Source of the DNA: an uncultured Bacilli bacterium
GTDB lineage: Bacteria > Bacillota_I > Bacilli_A > RF39 > UBA660
Length of the DNA stretch: 64,000 nucleotides
Assembly (NCBI GenBank): GCA_944332435.1
Contig: CALVJW010000003.1
Coordinates: 1,022-65,021, forward strand
Direction of reading: 5' to 3'
In this document: piece after piece, positions 10,428 to 20,333 of the stretch
Numbering within the stretch: position 1 is the first letter of the stretch
Layout of the letters: each line of letters begins with the position of its first letter
Notes under the pieces: model-generated
Databases searched by the model: none
What the model saw: only the letters and a program-made list of their open reading frames with translations
What the model was told of the DNA's origin: nothing
Made by a program: the position numbers and the translations under genes

Positions 10428-10766
10428 TTACATCATATGATAATTAGAATCAGTATAAGTATTATTACCAATTGAAATTGATTTTGTATCTTGAAGCATA
10501 TTTTCTAAGCGACTAACACGACGGTCTAAATTATTTAGTTGCGCTTGCATTTGATCCCATTGCATCTTTTCTCCTGCCTCATTTCCACAATTACACGTAG
10601 CATTTGTAATTGCTGGCATAGGTTGATTCATTGGCATATTTTGATTTGGCATCATATTCATATTAGGGTATCCCCCCATTTGGTTTGGCATTGCACCAGG
10701 ATATCCTCCCATCATTGGATATGGTGCAGGCATAGGCATTGGTCCACAATTTCTATCTTTTTTCAT
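10428..10766 (-). CDS. hypothetical Met/Pro/Asn/Gln-rich low-complexity protein with a C-terminal coiled-coil segment
   Basis: 112-aa ORF with a strong RBS (aaaggagtg) 8 nt upstream on the minus strand. The opposite-strand ORF 10539..10793 has no RBS. Confidence 0.55.
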   Translation of the reverse strand: MKKDRNCGPMPMPAPYPMMGGYPGAMPNQMGGYPNMNMMPNQNMPMNQPMPAITNATCNCGNEAGEKMQWDQMQAQLNNLDRRVSRLENMLQDTKSISIGNNTYTDSNYHMM

Positions 10767-10860
10767 ATTTTTTCACTCCTTTTAATTCTCTAATTCATTA
10801 TATGCCTATCGAAATAAAAGGTGTCTATTTCAAAACAAATTTATTCATGATATAATAGTA

Positions 10861-11514
10861 ATGGTGATTGATGTGAGATTAAAAAATGTAAAAGGTGCAA
10901 AGGAAAAGATTGAAGCCTCTTCCTATATTGTACTAAATCCAAAAGAAAAGAAGGGAACTTGGAGTAGCTTATTTCCAAAGCAACAAAAAATTAAGATTGA
11001 AATTGGAATGGGAAAAGGAAATTTTATTATTGAAAATGCTCGTCGTTATCCCGATACTAATTTTATTGGTATCGAAAAATTTGATAGTGTAATTGTAAGA
11101 GCCATTGAGAAATTAGAACGAATGGAAGAAAAATTACCTAATTTAAAGTTAATCCGTATGGATGCATTAGAAATTGATGAAGTATTTGATCATGAAGTGG
11201 ATACAATTTATTTAAATTTCTCTGATCCATGGCCAAAGAAAAGACATCAAAATAGAAGACTTAGTAGCCCTATATTTTTAAAGAAGTATGACCAATTATT
11301 TGTTTCCGATAAAAAGATTATTATGAAAACGGATAATCGCCATTTATTTGAGTATTCGGTTATGAGTATTGCAAACTATGGTTATCAATTAGAAGAATTA
11401 TCATTCGATTTGTATCAAGATAATGTAAAGGACAATATTCCAACTGAATACGAAGAAAGGTTTGCAAATAAAGGGTTTAACATTTACCGACTAGTTGCGA
11501 CAAAACATGACTAG
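10861..11514 (+). CDS. trmB: tRNA (guanine46-N7)-methyltransferase
   Basis: IEIGMGKGNF, FIGIEK and NFSDPWPKKRHQNRRL motifs. Confidence 0.9.
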   Translation: MVIDVRLKNVKGAKEKIEASSYIVLNPKEKKGTWSSLFPKQQKIKIEIGMGKGNFIIENARRYPDTNFIGIEKFDSVIVRAIEKLERMEEKLPNLKLIRMDALEIDEVFDHEVDTIYLNFSDPWPKKRHQNRRLSSPIFLKKYDQLFVSDKKIIMKTDNRHLFEYSVMSIANYGYQLEELSFDLYQDNVKDNIPTEYEERFANKGFNIYRLVATKHD

Positions 11515-11593
11515 ACATTTACTATACACTGAAAAACGAAAGTTCTTTTGAACTTAGAAAATATCTGATATAATTTAGGAAGAGTGGTGATAT

Positions 11594-12241
11594 ATGAAAA
11601 AATTAATACCTGCGCTACTATGTTGTCTATTTTTTATGACTGGTTGTACAGTTGTTAGAATAGATACACAAAGTATAGACAATACTATAAACGTAGTATT
11701 ATCTAAGAATAATCAGTTATATAATCGTGTAGGAAAAGGTTATAAATATTATGTTCCTAAAGGTGTTACTTATATTGATACAAATGAATTAAATGAAAAA
11801 TTATATTCAAATGGAACCTATTATTATTTATATATTGATGCGATTAGTTATTATCACAAAGCAAAAGTAAAATATAAAGAAAATCAAAATGCTTATTATT
11901 CTAGAAAAATTAAAATGAATGATAAGTCAGGATATTTAGAAATCAATCAACAAGGAGATAAGTACTTTATTGAATTTAGTTATAATTATGCGAAGATTGA
12001 AGCACTTGTTGAGAAAGAAGAAATCAATGAAACGGTTTTAAATGCTTCATATATTTTATCCACAGTAAAATTTAATCATAACGTTATTAAATTAATGTTA
12101 AATGAAACCTACTTGACGAATAAAGAAGAAAAATATGATATTTTTGAATCAAAAGATGAGGATAGTGTTTATCTTGAGTATGATAAAAATAATGAAACTT
12201 CTGATGAGCAAGTAGAAAAAGAAAATAATGAGGTGAAATAA
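11594..12241 (+). CDS. hypothetical lipoprotein
   Basis: Lipobox LFFMTGC at residues 12-18. No recognisable catalytic motif. Confidence 0.6.
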   Translation: MKKLIPALLCCLFFMTGCTVVRIDTQSIDNTINVVLSKNNQLYNRVGKGYKYYVPKGVTYIDTNELNEKLYSNGTYYYLYIDAISYYHKAKVKYKENQNAYYSRKIKMNDKSGYLEINQQGDKYFIEFSYNYAKIEALVEKEEINETVLNASYILSTVKFNHNVIKLMLNETYLTNKEEKYDIFESKDEDSVYLEYDKNNETSDEQVEKENNEVK

Positions 12242-12242
12242 C

Positions 12243-13013
12243 ATGGGATTTATGGAAAAAATGAAAAATTTATTTACGGAAGAAGAAGAAATTGAAGAAC
12301 CAGTGAAAAAAGAAGTCATGCAAGTGGAAATTAAAGCGCCTACTGTTCAAAGAGAGAAAGTGCATGAACCAGAGGTAGAAGTAGAACCACCGGTTATGAA
12401 AGTCCAACAACCAACACCAGTGTTCTTTGATGATAAGGATTTTGCTACTTTAGAGCAACCAAAACCGAAACCAAAACCAAAGCCAGTAGAAAAGAAACCA
12501 GAAAGAACAGCTTATAATAGTGGAAGGGATAGAAAAGATAGACATTCATTTAAACCATCTCCTATTATTTCGCCAGTATATGGTATCTTGGATAAAAATT
12601 ATAAAAAAGAAGATATTGTAGACAGAGGGGAAACTGAAATTATTTCTTCTTACAATCGTGTTTCAAGAGAAATGACATTGGATGAAGTAAGACAAAAAGC
12701 CTTTGGAACATTAGAGGATGATATTGATTTGAATTTGCATGCGGAAAAGGAAGAAAAAGAAGAAGTAGTAACTCCAGTATATGATAAATCAACTCTAGAA
12801 AATGATATTTTTGAAGAGATGGAATCTGATACACCACATACTTCATTAGAAGAAACAGACGACGTTACCATTGGAAATATTTCAGAGGCACCAAGAATGG
12901 ATGTAATTAATAATGATGAAGTAGGAAATGAAGAGACGAATGATGAAACAATAGATGAAAGTGATTTATTCAATTTAATTGATTCTATGTATGAAAAGAG
13001 GGATGAAGAATAA
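12243..13013 (+). CDS. hypothetical acidic protein with a (KP)n tract
   Basis: Start is coupled to the upstream stop. It has a KPKPKPKPKP linker and an E/D-rich C-terminus. No family was recognised. Confidence 0.5.
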   Translation: MGFMEKMKNLFTEEEEIEEPVKKEVMQVEIKAPTVQREKVHEPEVEVEPPVMKVQQPTPVFFDDKDFATLEQPKPKPKPKPVEKKPERTAYNSGRDRKDRHSFKPSPIISPVYGILDKNYKKEDIVDRGETEIISSYNRVSREMTLDEVRQKAFGTLEDDIDLNLHAEKEEKEEVVTPVYDKSTLENDIFEEMESDTPHTSLEETDDVTIGNISEAPRMDVINNDEVGNEETNDETIDESDLFNLIDSMYEKRDEE

Positions 13014-13300
13014 TGAGTTGCGCAAATGAACTTTTTCCAATCATACTCTATCTATTAGGGTGCATATTATTAATTGTGTTAATCATTTTAGGAATCCGTT
13101 TAATTAAAACATTAAATCGTGTTGACGCTTTAATTGATGATGTGAACGTAAAATCATCAAAATTAAATGGAGTATTTGATATTATAGATCATACGGCAGA
13201 TGCCCTTGCTAATATTAGTGATATGGCAGTGGGATTTGTTACAAGTAGTGTTAGAAAAATGATTAATAAAAGAAAGAAGGAAGAGGAAAAACATGAGTAA
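13013..13300 (+). CDS. small membrane-anchored protein (DUF948-like)
   Basis: A single N-terminal TM segment followed by a helical region. The pairing with a YtxH-like gene is typical for DUF948. Confidence 0.5.
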   Translation: MSCANELFPIILYLLGCILLIVLIILGIRLIKTLNRVDALIDDVNVKSSKLNGVFDIIDHTADALANISDMAVGFVTSSVRKMINKRKKEEEKHE

Positions 13301-13712
13301 AAAAAGTAAGAAAAGTAGAGGGTTTGGTAAATTTTTAGCCGGAGCAGCAATTGGAGCTGGATTAGGGTTATTATTCGCACCTAAAAAAGGTAGTGAAACA
13401 AGAGCTGATGTAAAGAAAGCAATCGACGATATGATTTCAAAAATTAAAGATATTGATGTTGAAGAAGTAAAAGAAGAATTTGAAGTAAAATTATACCAAA
13501 TTAGAGAAGAATTAGAAGATTTGGATAAAGAAAAAGTATTAAAAATAGCAAAAAAGAAAGCAAAACAAATTCGTGATGCTGTAGATGAATTAGTAGAATA
13601 CACAATTGAAAAAGGTACACCTGTATTAGAAAAAACGGCACACAATATACGTGAAAAAGCAATTGCAACAACAAAAGATGTTCTAGCAAAGTTAGAAAGC
13701 GAAGAAAATTAA
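13293..13712 (+). CDS. YtxH domain-containing protein
   Basis: FLAGAAIGAGLGLLFAPKKGSETR is the YtxH signature, followed by a charged helical region. Confidence 0.75.
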   Translation: MSKKSKKSRGFGKFLAGAAIGAGLGLLFAPKKGSETRADVKKAIDDMISKIKDIDVEEVKEEFEVKLYQIREELEDLDKEKVLKIAKKKAKQIRDAVDELVEYTIEKGTPVLEKTAHNIREKAIATTKDVLAKLESEEN

Positions 13713-13764
13713 AACTTTGCTTTTTTTCATTTTTTATGTATAATAAAGTACCAGAGGTGATACT

Positions 13765-14742
13765 ATGGCAAGATATCGCTACACATTAAAAGCTTATCAT
13801 AGAGATACTGATAAGGAATATAAAATCCAATTAAAAGAGCAAGGAAAATTAAAAGAAAAAGTTTATTTGACGACGATTGATCAATTCCTTTTATCCCATA
13901 TGACAGATAAAAATGGGATAGAAAATTTTCAAAATAAGGAAGAAGTATTCATTTATTTAAACCAGCATTATGGATATCAAATACCACTTGATGCAAATCT
14001 CTATATTTCTTATCAAGCAGAAAAGAATGAAAAATTACTAGAAGTAGTTTATCCAGAAAAACAAGTATTACAATATTTTTCTCATTTATACACTTATTTA
14101 TATCAAACAAAAGATTCAGAAAAAAAAGTAAAAGAACAATTAAAATATGATTCTGTTTGGCAACATTTTTTAAAATTGTTTAAACAAAATATAAAAAATG
14201 AAACCTATTATCGCTTTATTATGAAAGAAGAGGGAATCAATTATATTAATTCTTATTTAAAAAAATGGATTCACAATTATTTAGATTTTATTCATTATGA
14301 AACTTCTGATGAACAAGAAATGTTTTTAGAAGCTAGAAACAAAATAAAAGAACAATTACAATATTATAAAGTATTACGTGGAATAGAATTAAGTTATAAA
14401 AAATATAACAAAAAGTATCATCAAAATATTGGTATTGATAAAAAGAAAATGGAATTATATTTAGAAAAACAACAATTATTAATGCCTATTACTAAGTCAA
14501 TTTATTATGCCAAAGATTCTGAGCGCCCAGTCGAAATTTATCATACTGGATATGAAGAATTAGACGACATTATTGGTGATTCTGCAACGAATATTAGTGA
14601 ATTAGCGAGCCAAGTATTTGAAGAGTTAGGTTTAACATTAGAAGACTTAGAAAATTATCCTGATTTAAAAAGAAAATTAGGTATTCCAGATACATTTTCA
14701 CAAACACAAGAAAACAATACAAAGAAAAAAACATACAATTAA
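13765..14742 (+). CDS. hypothetical protein
   Basis: 325-aa ORF with RBS agaggtg. No motif was recognised. Confidence 0.5.
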   Translation: MARYRYTLKAYHRDTDKEYKIQLKEQGKLKEKVYLTTIDQFLLSHMTDKNGIENFQNKEEVFIYLNQHYGYQIPLDANLYISYQAEKNEKLLEVVYPEKQVLQYFSHLYTYLYQTKDSEKKVKEQLKYDSVWQHFLKLFKQNIKNETYYRFIMKEEGINYINSYLKKWIHNYLDFIHYETSDEQEMFLEARNKIKEQLQYYKVLRGIELSYKKYNKKYHQNIGIDKKKMELYLEKQQLLMPITKSIYYAKDSERPVEIYHTGYEELDDIIGDSATNISELASQVFEELGLTLEDLENYPDLKRKLGIPDTFSQTQENNTKKKTYN

Positions 14743-14804
14743 AGTAGTAAAGGGAGGATTGAACTCTCTTTATTTTGTGTTACAATAAGATTGAGTGTGA
14801 TAGA

Positions 14805-15701
14805 ATGAAACAGTATATAGAATCTTTTTTAAGTTATATTGAGTTTGAAAAAAATTATTCTTTTTATACAGTGAGAAGTTATGAAGAAGATTTGGATGAA
14901 TTTTATCAATTTTTAAAATCAGAACATATTAATCGTATTAAAGAAGTAGAGTATAGTATCATTCGTATTTACTTAAAAAAACTGTATGAAAAAAATTATT
15001 CAAAAAAAACAATTGCAAGACATATTAGTACCTTACGTAGTTTTTTTAAATATTTATTAAAAGAAGAAGTAGTAGATATGAACCCTATGTTATTAATTAG
15101 TAATCCAAAACAAGATAAGAAGTTACCAAATTATTTAAATTATGAAGAAATAGAAACGATTTTAAATATTCCTAATCAAAAGACAAATCTAGGAAAGCGG
15201 GATGCCCTTATTTTAGAATTATTATATTCAAGTGGTATTCGGGTAAGTGAATTAGTTTCTATTAAATTAGATCAAATTCAATTTTCTAATCGTACCATTA
15301 AAATACTTGGAAAAGGAAATAAAGAACGGTATGTTTTATACGGGAATAAGTGTGAACAATTATTAGAACAATATCTACATACAGCAAGATTTGAACTACT
15401 TGGTAAAAAACAAAATCAATACTTATTATTAAATAAAGATGGGAATCCCCTTAGTACCGGTGGTGTTCGTTATATTATTGGAAAAATATTAAAAGAAAGT
15501 GGTTTAAAATTACATGTTTCACCCCATACATTACGTCATACTTTTGCAACGCATCTATTAAATAATGGAGCAGATTTAAAAAGTGTTCAAGAACTTTTAG
15601 GACATGAAAATCTAAGTACAACGCAAATTTATACTCATGTATCGAATGAGCGACTTCGTAATGTCTATTTACATACGCATCCACGAGCAAGAGAAAAGTG
15701 A
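14805..15701 (+). CDS. site-specific tyrosine recombinase, XerC/XerD family
   Basis: SAM-like N-domain (SFLSYIEFEKNYS..T..SYE.DL) and a catalytic domain with RDALILELLYSSGIRVSEL, HTLRHTFATHLL and LGHENLSTTQIYTHV. The start was moved to the ATG at 14805. Confidence 0.85.
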   Translation: MKQYIESFLSYIEFEKNYSFYTVRSYEEDLDEFYQFLKSEHINRIKEVEYSIIRIYLKKLYEKNYSKKTIARHISTLRSFFKYLLKEEVVDMNPMLLISNPKQDKKLPNYLNYEEIETILNIPNQKTNLGKRDALILELLYSSGIRVSELVSIKLDQIQFSNRTIKILGKGNKERYVLYGNKCEQLLEQYLHTARFELLGKKQNQYLLLNKDGNPLSTGGVRYIIGKILKESGLKLHVSPHTLRHTFATHLLNNGADLKSVQELLGHENLSTTQIYTHVSNERLRNVYLHTHPRAREK

Positions 15702-15811
15702 TAACTTTTCTTTTTTTGTTAAATTTTTGTTAAATTTTGCTACTTTTTTCGCATATAAAATAAAATAGTGTTATAATGAAATTGTACATACTAAAGGAGG
15801 CAAAAAAAGTT

Positions 15812-18439
15812 ATGACAAAATATGTATATGCATTTTCTGAAGGAAATAAGGATATGCGTGATCTACTTGGAGGAAAAGGTGCTAATTTAGCAGAAATGAC
15901 TTCTATTGGATTACCTGTTCCAAGTGGATTTACCGTTACAACAGAGGCTTGTAACAAGTACTATGATGATAATCAAGTAATTAGTGAAGAAGTAAAAGTG
16001 CAAATCTTTGAAGCGTTACAGGCATTAGAAAATCGTACTGGTAAAAAATTAGGGGATAAAGAAAATCCACTATTAGTATCAGTTCGTAGTGGTTCTCGTG
16101 CTAGTATGCCAGGAATGATGGATACAGTACTTAATCTGGGATTAAATGATGAAGTAGCTGTTGGTTTTAGTGAAAGTACAAATAATCCTAGATTTATCTA
16201 TGATTCTTATAGACGTTTTATTATGATGTTTGCAGACGTTGTAAAAGGTTATCCAAAACAATCTTTTGATCGTATTTTAGATAAAATAAAAGAAGAAAAA
16301 GGTGCAAAATACGATACGGATTTAACTGCAGAAGATATGATGGAAGTAACGAAGAAATTTAAAGAAGTTTATAAAGAATTATCTGGGGTAGATTTTCCAC
16401 AAGATCCAAAAGAACAATTAATTGAAGCAGTAACAGCTGTTTTCCGTTCTTGGAATAATGAAAGAGCCATCATTTATCGTAAAATGAACGATATTCCAAG
16501 TAGTTGGGGAACTGCAGTTAATGTTCAAGAAATGGTATATGGAAACCGTGGAGATAACTGTGGTACTGGAGTAGCATTTACTCGTAATCCAGCAACTGGA
16601 GAAAAGAAATTATTTGGTGAATATCTAATGAATGCCCAAGGAGAAGATGTAGTAGCAGGAATTCGTACTCCATCACCAATCGCAACATTAGAAACATCAA
16701 TGCCTGAAGTATATCAAGAATTTGTTCGTACAGCAAATATTTTGGAACAACATTATAAAGATATGCAAGATATGGAGTTTACAATTGAAAATGGTAAACT
16801 TTATATGCTACAAACACGTAATGGAAAAAGAACGGCTCATGCAGCTTTAAAAATTGCAGTTGATTTAGTAAATGAAGGTATGATTAGTAAAGAAGAAGCG
16901 ATTTTAAAAGTAGAACCAAAATCACTAGATCAATTATTGCATCCAATGTTTGATGGAGAAAGTTTGAAAAATGGAACCGTTATCGCAACAGGTCTTGCCG
17001 CTTCACCAGGAGCAGCAACTGGTAAAATTTATTTTACTGCTGAAGAAGCATCAAAAGCTCATGCAAATGGAATTCCATCAATTCTAGTTCGTTTAGAAAC
17101 TTCTCCTGAGGATATTCAAGGTATGAATGATGCTGAAGGAATTCTTACAATCCGTGGTGGTATGACAAGTCACGCAGCCGTAGTTGCACGTGGTATGGGT
17201 CGCTGCTGTGTTTGTGGATGTGGTGAACTAACTGTTGATGAAGAAAATAAAACTTTAACAACGAAAGATGGTCATGTATATCATGAAGGTGACGATTTAT
17301 CACTTGATGGATCAACAGGTTGTGTGTATGGGGAAGCTATTAAAACCGTTGCACCAATGATTAGTGGTGACTTTGAAACATTTATGAGTTGGGCTGATAG
17401 TATCAGAACACTTGGTGTACGTGCAAATGCTGATACTCCAAAAGATGCCGCACAAGCATTAAGTTTTGGTGCGGAAGGAATTGGGCTTGTTCGTACAGAG
17501 CACATGTTCTTTGAAACAGATCGTATTTTTGCAGTTAGACAAATGATTACTGCCGAAACAGTGGAACAAAGAGAACAAGCACTTGCTAAGATTTTACCAA
17601 TGCAACGTGATGACTTCGAAAAAATATTTGAAGCAATGAAAGGAAAACCAGTGACAGTTCGTTACTTAGATCCACCACTTCATGAATTTTTGCCTCATAC
17701 AGATGAAGAAATTAAACCACTTGCTGAAAGTCTTGGTATGACGTTTGAAACATTAAAAGCAAGAATTGATTCATTAAAAGAATTTAACCCAATGATGGGA
17801 CATCGTGGATGTCGTTTAGCAATTACTTATCCAGAAATTGCTCGTATGCAAACAAGAGCAATTATCGAAGCGGCAATCAATGTTAATAGTCGTGGTATGA
17901 ATGTTGTACCAGAAATTATGATTCCACTTGTTGGAGATGTAAATGAACTTAAATTTGTAAAACAAATTGTTGACCAAACAGCAAATGACGTAATGAAAGA
18001 AAAAGGTGTTACGTTAGATTATCATGTTGGAACAATGATTGAAATTCCAAGAGCAGCGCTTACTGCCGATAAAATTGCAGAACAAGCTGAATTCTTTAGT
18101 TTTGGTACAAACGATTTGACACAAATGACTTATGGATTTAGTCGTGATGATGCTGGTAAATTCTTAAATGATTATTATGATAAGAAAATATTTGAACAAG
18201 ATCCTTTTGCAAAACTAGATCAAACTGGTGTTGGAGCTTTAGTAGAAATGGCAGCACAAAAAGGAAGAAATACAAGACCAAATATGAAACTTGGTATTTG
18301 TGGAGAACATGGTGGAGAACCATCAAGTGTAGAGTTCTGTCATAAAGTAGGACTTACTTATGTATCATGTAGTCCATACCGTGTTCCAGTTGCTAGACTT
18401 GCAGCGGCACAAGCAGTTGTTAAGGAAGACAAAAATTAG
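15812..18439 (+). CDS. ppdK: pyruvate, phosphate dikinase
   Basis: N-terminus KYVYAFSEGNKDMRDLLGGKGANLAEM, phospho-His loop GGMTSHAAVVARGMG, and C-terminal GICGEHGGEP. RBS aaaggagg precedes the ATG at 15812. Confidence 0.93.
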   Translation: MTKYVYAFSEGNKDMRDLLGGKGANLAEMTSIGLPVPSGFTVTTEACNKYYDDNQVISEEVKVQIFEALQALENRTGKKLGDKENPLLVSVRSGSRASMPGMMDTVLNLGLNDEVAVGFSESTNNPRFIYDSYRRFIMMFADVVKGYPKQSFDRILDKIKEEKGAKYDTDLTAEDMMEVTKKFKEVYKELSGVDFPQDPKEQLIEAVTAVFRSWNNERAIIYRKMNDIPSSWGTAVNVQEMVYGNRGDNCGTGVAFTRNPATGEKKLFGEYLMNAQGEDVVAGIRTPSPIATLETSMPEVYQEFVRTANILEQHYKDMQDMEFTIENGKLYMLQTRNGKRTAHAALKIAVDLVNEGMISKEEAILKVEPKSLDQLLHPMFDGESLKNGTVIATGLAASPGAATGKIYFTAEEASKAHANGIPSILVRLETSPEDIQGMNDAEGILTIRGGMTSHAAVVARGMGRCCVCGCGELTVDEENKTLTTKDGHVYHEGDDLSLDGSTGCVYGEAIKTVAPMISGDFETFMSWADSIRTLGVRANADTPKDAAQALSFGAEGIGLVRTEHMFFETDRIFAVRQMITAETVEQREQALAKILPMQRDDFEKIFEAMKGKPVTVRYLDPPLHEFLPHTDEEIKPLAESLGMTFETLKARIDSLKEFNPMMGHRGCRLAITYPEIARMQTRAIIEAAINVNSRGMNVVPEIMIPLVGDVNELKFVKQIVDQTANDVMKEKGVTLDYHVGTMIEIPRAALTADKIAEQAEFFSFGTNDLTQMTYGFSRDDAGKFLNDYYDKKIFEQDPFAKLDQTGVGALVEMAAQKGRNTRPNMKLGICGEHGGEPSSVEFCHKVGLTYVSCSPYRVPVARLAAAQAVVKEDKN

Positions 18440-18470
18440 AACGCATAAGCGTGAAAAATATTAAGAATCA

Positions 18471-18496
18471 AAAAGAACAGAAATGTTCTTTTTTTG
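18471..18496 (+). terminator. ppdK terminator
   Basis: Hairpin gaaca-gaaa-tgttc followed by T7. Confidence 0.65.
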
Positions 18497-18660
18497 TTGG
18501 AATAAAAGGAATTAGTTAATGTTTTTTTAAATGTATTTGTTAAAAATAGTGTAATTAGTTTTATAAAAGAAAATAAAATTACGATTAGAAAATAGTCACA
18601 GTATAGTTAGGGTGACTATTTTTGGTTGGAAGAAATAAACATAAGAAAGGAGCGATTTAT

Positions 18661-19128
18661 ATGTATTATAGAAAACCAACATTAAAAAATCTTTCACAAG
18701 GAGCTCGACTTGAGTATGTTAGGAGATTAAGGCACATGAATGAAGATGATGTTGTTGAATATTTTGGATTTGGAGGAAGGTATCCTCGTAAAACATTCAG
18801 AAGCTATGAAGCTAACTATAGAGAACCAAGTAAAGAAAGACTAAAAGATATAGCAGAGTTATATGAAGTAAGTATTGATGCAATAAAAAAATATGACTTT
18901 AACGATCCGATAGATGTTATTTATTTTCATATGTGGTTGGAAGAAGAGTTTCCATATTACGAGATAAACTTCGATTGTGATAGTTATGAGAAAACAGATT
19001 ATAATGATATTGTTCAAAATGCTATTAGAGAATGGAAACAAATGAAAAAAAAAAGAGAAAATCTAGAAATATCCGATGATGAATATCTTGAATGGAAATT
19101 AAATTTTAAATTAGAAAAAGAATTTTAG
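18661..19128 (+). CDS. XRE-family helix-turn-helix regulator
   Basis: GARLEYVRRLRHMNEDDVVEYFG...FRSYEANYREPSKERLKDIAELYEVSIDAI follows the Cro/C1 HTH pattern (..yE.g.r.Ps...l..iA..l.vs.d.l). The ATG at 18661 sits behind RBS aaaggag. Confidence 0.55.
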   Translation: MYYRKPTLKNLSQGARLEYVRRLRHMNEDDVVEYFGFGGRYPRKTFRSYEANYREPSKERLKDIAELYEVSIDAIKKYDFNDPIDVIYFHMWLEEEFPYYEINFDCDSYEKTDYNDIVQNAIREWKQMKKKRENLEISDDEYLEWKLNFKLEKEF

Positions 19129-19202
19129 ATGAAGAATGAAAATATATGATATACTTAATATGAATATATATGCTTTGATTTTAAAAATATATGGAGGTAA
19201 AA

Positions 19203-20231
19203 ATGGAATATTTAATTAATAATGAAATAAATAGTGCAATATGTGATGTTGCAAGATTAATAAGTAATGATGAACAACAAATTAATCAATTGGTTGAAAT
19301 ATTGAAAAAAATGGTGACTGTTCAATTTACACAAAATGCGATTGAAGGGACATCTCATGCAGCAGGTACAGATCCTATAATTGATTTTAAGGAAGAAAAT
19401 GAAACATTTACAGTTGTATGTAATAAGATTATAGTTACTTTGCCATACTTATTAAGTGCAAATAATATCCACCATTTTAGAATTGATGCTAGACATGAAT
19501 TTTTTCATGCATTTGCTTATCTTCTAAATAATAAAATAATAAGATTAAATGTAGATAAAATGTACTTTAATTTAGGTGGAAAAATAAATGAACGAAGTAT
19601 GTATAATCCACGATGTGATAATAATGATTCATATGCTTCTATATTATTTAATGAAATCGTAACAGATCTTTCAGCTTATTGTTCATATTATCCCAAATTA
19701 AATATTAGTATGAACCAAATACTTAATGGTAATGGATTAGAAACTATAAATAATACATATGGTATGGGAAATGGATATTGTCAATTATTTCCTTTAGGAA
19801 TGTGTGTTATAAAAGCATTTTCAAATTATAATTGTGATTATGATAGGCTAGGACAAAATAAATTTGAAGCAAAGTATCAATCTGATAGTGATAAAGTTTA
19901 TTATAATGATCTATTATACGGAATCTTATACAATCCACTTAGCATTAAAGATTCATTTATAAAGTATACATCAGAAGAAGATTGGCAAACTTTAGAAAAC
20001 ATAGCAAAAAAGATTGTAACTGATTTTAAAGAAAAAGATAGAAAAGTAGATTATGATAATATTCAAGAATTTTTAACAGTTTTAGCAAAATATCTAAATA
20101 ATAAATATCAAAAGACAAATGATCTTATTCTAAAACAACAACTAACTATAATAATAGCTGAATTTAATGAATATTATAAAAAGGCATTAAATTATTATGG
20201 TAATTTAGGCTATAATAGAAATACTAGGTAA
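19203..20231 (+). CDS. hypothetical protein with an HExxH motif (putative zinc metallopeptidase in an ImmA/IrrE-like position)
   Basis: The HEFFH motif (RHEFFHAFAY) is the only recognisable feature. The placement between an XRE-HTH gene and a recombinase mirrors immR-immA-int modules. Confidence 0.4.
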   Translation: MEYLINNEINSAICDVARLISNDEQQINQLVEILKKMVTVQFTQNAIEGTSHAAGTDPIIDFKEENETFTVVCNKIIVTLPYLLSANNIHHFRIDARHEFFHAFAYLLNNKIIRLNVDKMYFNLGGKINERSMYNPRCDNNDSYASILFNEIVTDLSAYCSYYPKLNISMNQILNGNGLETINNTYGMGNGYCQLFPLGMCVIKAFSNYNCDYDRLGQNKFEAKYQSDSDKVYYNDLLYGILYNPLSIKDSFIKYTSEEDWQTLENIAKKIVTDFKEKDRKVDYDNIQEFLTVLAKYLNNKYQKTNDLILKQQLTIIIAEFNEYYKKALNYYGNLGYNRNTR

Positions 20232-20333
20232 ATATATTCTCAAAGAAGTAGGAATACTTCTTTTTCTTATGCCTAAAATCGCATCCTAATAATTATTTAT
20301 AAAAGATGATAAAGTTTTTATAGAGGTGATTTA

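Noticed and set aside
1838-18326. Antisense or alternative-frame ORFs from the track lying inside well-supported genes, including 1838-2101(-), 4811-4999(-), 9160-9351(-), 10257-10475(+), 10539-10793(+), 12640-12973(-), 13163-13689(-), 15475-15957(-), 17281-17505(-) and 18138-18326(-). The same applies to later ones such as 21481-21663(-), 24908-25135(-), 27492-27686(-), 29277-29980, 39418-39621(-), 40576-40776(+), 45267-45575(-), 47529-47726(-), 48695-49435(+), 50054-50239(-), 51166-51603(-), 53697-53963(-), 54154-54503(-), 60391-60681(-) and 62350-62550(-)
   Set aside because: They overlap genes with clear family signatures, lack ribosome-binding sites and have low-complexity or hydrophobic junk translations typical of shadow ORFs in A+T-rich DNA.
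18545-18553. 9-bp match (atagtgtaa) between the left flank of the island and 27447-27455 as possible att sites of the serine recombinase
   Set aside because: The match is too short for A+T-rich DNA, where a chance match of this size between two spans of a few hundred nt is quite likely. Serine integrases also need only a 2-bp crossover, so a direct repeat is not expected.
19081-19128. Shared peptide and DNA string (YLEWKLNF / YFEWKLNF; ttgaatggaaRttaaatttta) between the end of the HTH gene and the end of the serine recombinase gene (about 21846-21875)
   Set aside because: Only about 20 nt are similar, with no extension on either side. I cannot distinguish this from chance or from a tiny relic of another recombinase gene, so no claim is made.
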